DNA from: Gemmatimonadota bacterium
Lineage (GTDB): Bacteria > Gemmatimonadota > Gemmatimonadetes > Gemmatimonadales > Gemmatimonadaceae
Direction of reading: 5' to 3'
DNA: 57,964 nt
Assembly: GCA_040389905.1 (NCBI GenBank)
Contig: JAZJZK010000049.1
Coordinates: 1-57,964 of the forward strand
Part shown: piece after piece, positions 55,681-57,964 of the stretch
Position numbering within the stretch: the stretch's first letter is position 1
Layout: the number at the start of each line of letters is the position of its first letter
The notes under the pieces: model-generated
The model's database searches: none
What the model saw: only the letters and a program-made list of their open reading frames with translations
What the model was told of the DNA's origin: nothing
Position numbers and translations under genes: made by a program

Positions 55681-57897
55681 ATGATTGCACGTTCTCGCAG
55701 GACACTCGGAGTCGCCGGGTCGGCCGTCGCCGGCGCGTTGCTCCTCGGAGGAATGCTGCTGACGGGTGCATCCTCGCCCGCCAACCTTGCGCCGAGCATG
55801 GCGAGGGGAAATGCTGACGGTGAGTGGCGCTATTGGGGTGCCGATGCCTGGAGCACGCGCTATTCGCCACTTGAACAGATTAATGCGAGCAACTTCGACT
55901 CGTTGACTATCGCGTGGCGGTGGAAAGCCGGCGAGCAAGGGGAGGACGAGTATTTCCGTTCGACGCCTCTCTATGCGAAAGGACGGATGTTCACCGTCGC
56001 CACCAACAAGCGCATGGCCTTCGCGCTCGACCCAGCGACCGGTAAGCAACTCTGGAAGTGGAGCCTCGCTGAAGGCATCCGCTGGCAGAAGGCGCCGCGG
56101 CGCTACGCCGGCCGAGGGCTCGCGTATTGGACGTCAGGCAATGACGAGCGCGTGATCGTCGTGACGCCGGGCTACCATCTCGCCTCCATCGATGCGAAAA
56201 CCGGCAAGGCCGATCCGAAGTTCGGAAAGGGCGGCGTCGTGGATCTCATGTCGGGACTCGGCTTCACGCTCGTTCCCCTCGCCGTTGATGACACGGGCGA
56301 GTTGATCATCAGTGAGGCGGCGCCGGCGCGCCGGGCAAAACCGGGCGAAACGTGGGACGCCAAGACGAGGACCGGCGCCGACGGCACGATGGGCATCGAT
56401 CCTAAGGAAGGCCAGATCGCCGCGAGCTCGCCACCGATCGTCGTCGGGAATGTCATCGTCGTCGGTAATTCGTCCATCCATGGCTACTACCCGTTGCGCA
56501 CGCATAACCTGCCGGGGTTCATCCGTGGATTCGACATTCGCACCGGCAAGCAACTGTGGAAGTTCAACCTCGTTCCGCAGCCTGGCGAGTTCGGTGCAGA
56601 GACGTGGAAGAACGGTTCCAAGATCGGTACCGAGGGCGTCGGCAAGAACGACGCCTGGGCCGGCTATTCCGCCGATCCGGATCTCGGACTCGTGTACATC
56701 CCCGTCGGCATGCCACTGGCCGATGAGTATGGCGGCCACCGGCCCGGCAACAACCTGTTCGGGAGTAGCATCGTTGCCATCGACGTGAAAACGGGCGCGC
56801 GAAGATGGCACTTCCAGATGGTCCACCACGACATCTGGGACTACGACGCACCAATGTTCCCCAACCTGATCGACGTCACAGTCAACGGCGCGCGCCGCAA
56901 GATCATCGCGCAAACCACCAAGCAAGGCTGGGTCTATGCGCTCGACCGCGCGACGGGTGAGCCCATCTGGCCGATGCCGGAGACGCCCGTCCTACAGAGC
57001 GACGTTCCCTTCGAGCAGACCTCGCCCACGCAACCGATTCCATCGAAGCCGGCGCCCTACTCGCAGCAGGGGCTCGTGGAGTCTGACCTCATCGACTACA
57101 CGCCCGCGATCAGGGATTCCGCGTTGAAGCTGGCAAAGCGGTGCCGCATGGGTCCCTACTTCATTCCGGCGGAACTGGCGGATGGGTCCGGCCCGCGCGG
57201 CCTCGCCTGCTCGTGGTATGCCCCGGGCGCGAGCGGCGGTGTCAACATCGACGGCGGTGCCGCAGTCGATCCGGAAACAGGCTTGCTCTACGTCGCGTCG
57301 CAGAGTGGCCTGAGTACGATGCAGCTCAAGAAAGACCCGTGTTCCGAGTTTCGATACACATCACCACACGATAGCTGCGGCCTGCTGGGCGCTCTCCCCG
57401 CCCCACCGGGATACGCGGCGCCGGCGGGTGGTGGGCGCGGCGACGGCTTCGCGGGTCGCGCGAACGGCACGACGATCGGTGGGGTTTCGATTCTCAGGCC
57501 GAAAGAGCTCGGCGGTGTCACGGCGTACAACATGAACACCGGCGACAAGGCATGGTGGATTCCGAGCGGAGGAAAGCTCACACCAGTGACCAGCAATGAT
57601 CCGCTCTTCGCCGGCGTCAAGATTCCACCCTCCACCGGTGGTCGCGGGCAGCCGCAGGTGATCACGACGAAGTCGCTGGTCATCTACGGCACGGGTCGCG
57701 GTGGCGGACCGCCGGGACAGGCGCAGCTCTACGCCGTCGACAAGGCGTCAGGCAAGCAGGTCGGCGCCGTGAATATTCCCGCAAAGACGTCTGCCGTGCC
57801 GATGACGTTCATGCACAAGGGCAAGCAGTATGTCGTCTTCGCGATGGGCGCGTCGACTGCGGCCGAACTCGTGGCACTGACACTACCGCGCAAGTAG
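55681..57897 (+). CDS. PQQ-dependent dehydrogenase (glucose/quinate dehydrogenase-like, soluble exported form)
   Basis: RYSPLEQIN..N, STPL, GRGLAYW, SSPP, YGGHRPGNNLF, HHDIWDYD, KQGWVY, PMTF; no N-terminal multi-TM anchor. Confidence 0.92.
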   Translation: MIARSRRTLGVAGSAVAGALLLGGMLLTGASSPANLAPSMARGNADGEWRYWGADAWSTRYSPLEQINASNFDSLTIAWRWKAGEQGEDEYFRSTPLYAKGRMFTVATNKRMAFALDPATGKQLWKWSLAEGIRWQKAPRRYAGRGLAYWTSGNDERVIVVTPGYHLASIDAKTGKADPKFGKGGVVDLMSGLGFTLVPLAVDDTGELIISEAAPARRAKPGETWDAKTRTGADGTMGIDPKEGQIAASSPPIVVGNVIVVGNSSIHGYYPLRTHNLPGFIRGFDIRTGKQLWKFNLVPQPGEFGAETWKNGSKIGTEGVGKNDAWAGYSADPDLGLVYIPVGMPLADEYGGHRPGNNLFGSSIVAIDVKTGARRWHFQMVHHDIWDYDAPMFPNLIDVTVNGARRKIIAQTTKQGWVYALDRATGEPIWPMPETPVLQSDVPFEQTSPTQPIPSKPAPYSQQGLVESDLIDYTPAIRDSALKLAKRCRMGPYFIPAELADGSGPRGLACSWYAPGASGGVNIDGGAAVDPETGLLYVASQSGLSTMQLKKDPCSEFRYTSPHDSCGLLGALPAPPGYAAPAGGGRGDGFAGRANGTTIGGVSILRPKELGGVTAYNMNTGDKAWWIPSGGKLTPVTSNDPLFAGVKIPPSTGGRGQPQVITTKSLVIYGTGRGGGPPGQAQLYAVDKASGKQVGAVNIPAKTSAVPMTFMHKGKQYVVFAMGASTAAELVALTLPRK

Positions 57898-57916
57898 CGC
57901 TAAGAAAAAGCATTTA

Positions 57917-57964
57917 CCACAGAGGACACAGAGGACACAGAGGACACAGAGGACACAGAGGACA
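57917..57964. repeat. 9-bp tandem ACACAGAGG repeat (family C), runs off the window end
   Basis: accacagaggacacagaggacacagagg... Confidence 0.85.

Noticed and set aside
57917..57964. Possible CRISPR array at the window end
   Set aside because: It is a spacerless 9-bp tandem repeat.

Overview
This is a GC-rich, gene-dense bacterial chromosomal window. Gemmatimonadota is my inference from the gene repertoire: membrane Ser/Thr kinase, PEP-CTERM protein, FecIR/TonB receptor, VPS10-like and GGRGG-rich exported proteins. About 48 CDS are supported. They include a MATE/TPR-GGDEF/amidohydrolase operon, an ECF-FecR-TBDR-DUF4249 signalling unit, a kdgT-pdxA-DUF1537 four-carbon acid-sugar module, a three-gene flavinylation operon (FMN-binding protein, ApbE, RnfD/NqrB-like), a LytTR/LytS pair, a second ECF module, and an NHL/HupE-UreJ/cytochrome c/PQQ-dehydrogenase cluster. 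Four observations stand out. (1) A cyanophycin locus (cphB-cphA) carries an extra CphA-like protein that has the N-like and Mur-ligase modules but no ATP-grasp domain. (2) An integrase-less remnant integron cassette array at about 41.7-43.4 kb has two attC-like sites and decayed hicAB and PIN toxin-antitoxin cassettes. (3) That islet is bounded by a synonymously diverged duplicate of the kinase gene's last 11 codons. (4) Three distinct families of palindromic intergenic repeats occur, including a nested copy and an inverted pair that brackets a four-gene ECF module. No rRNA, tRNA, CRISPR array, integrase or transposase was seen. Family assignments come from motif recognition only, without database searches.
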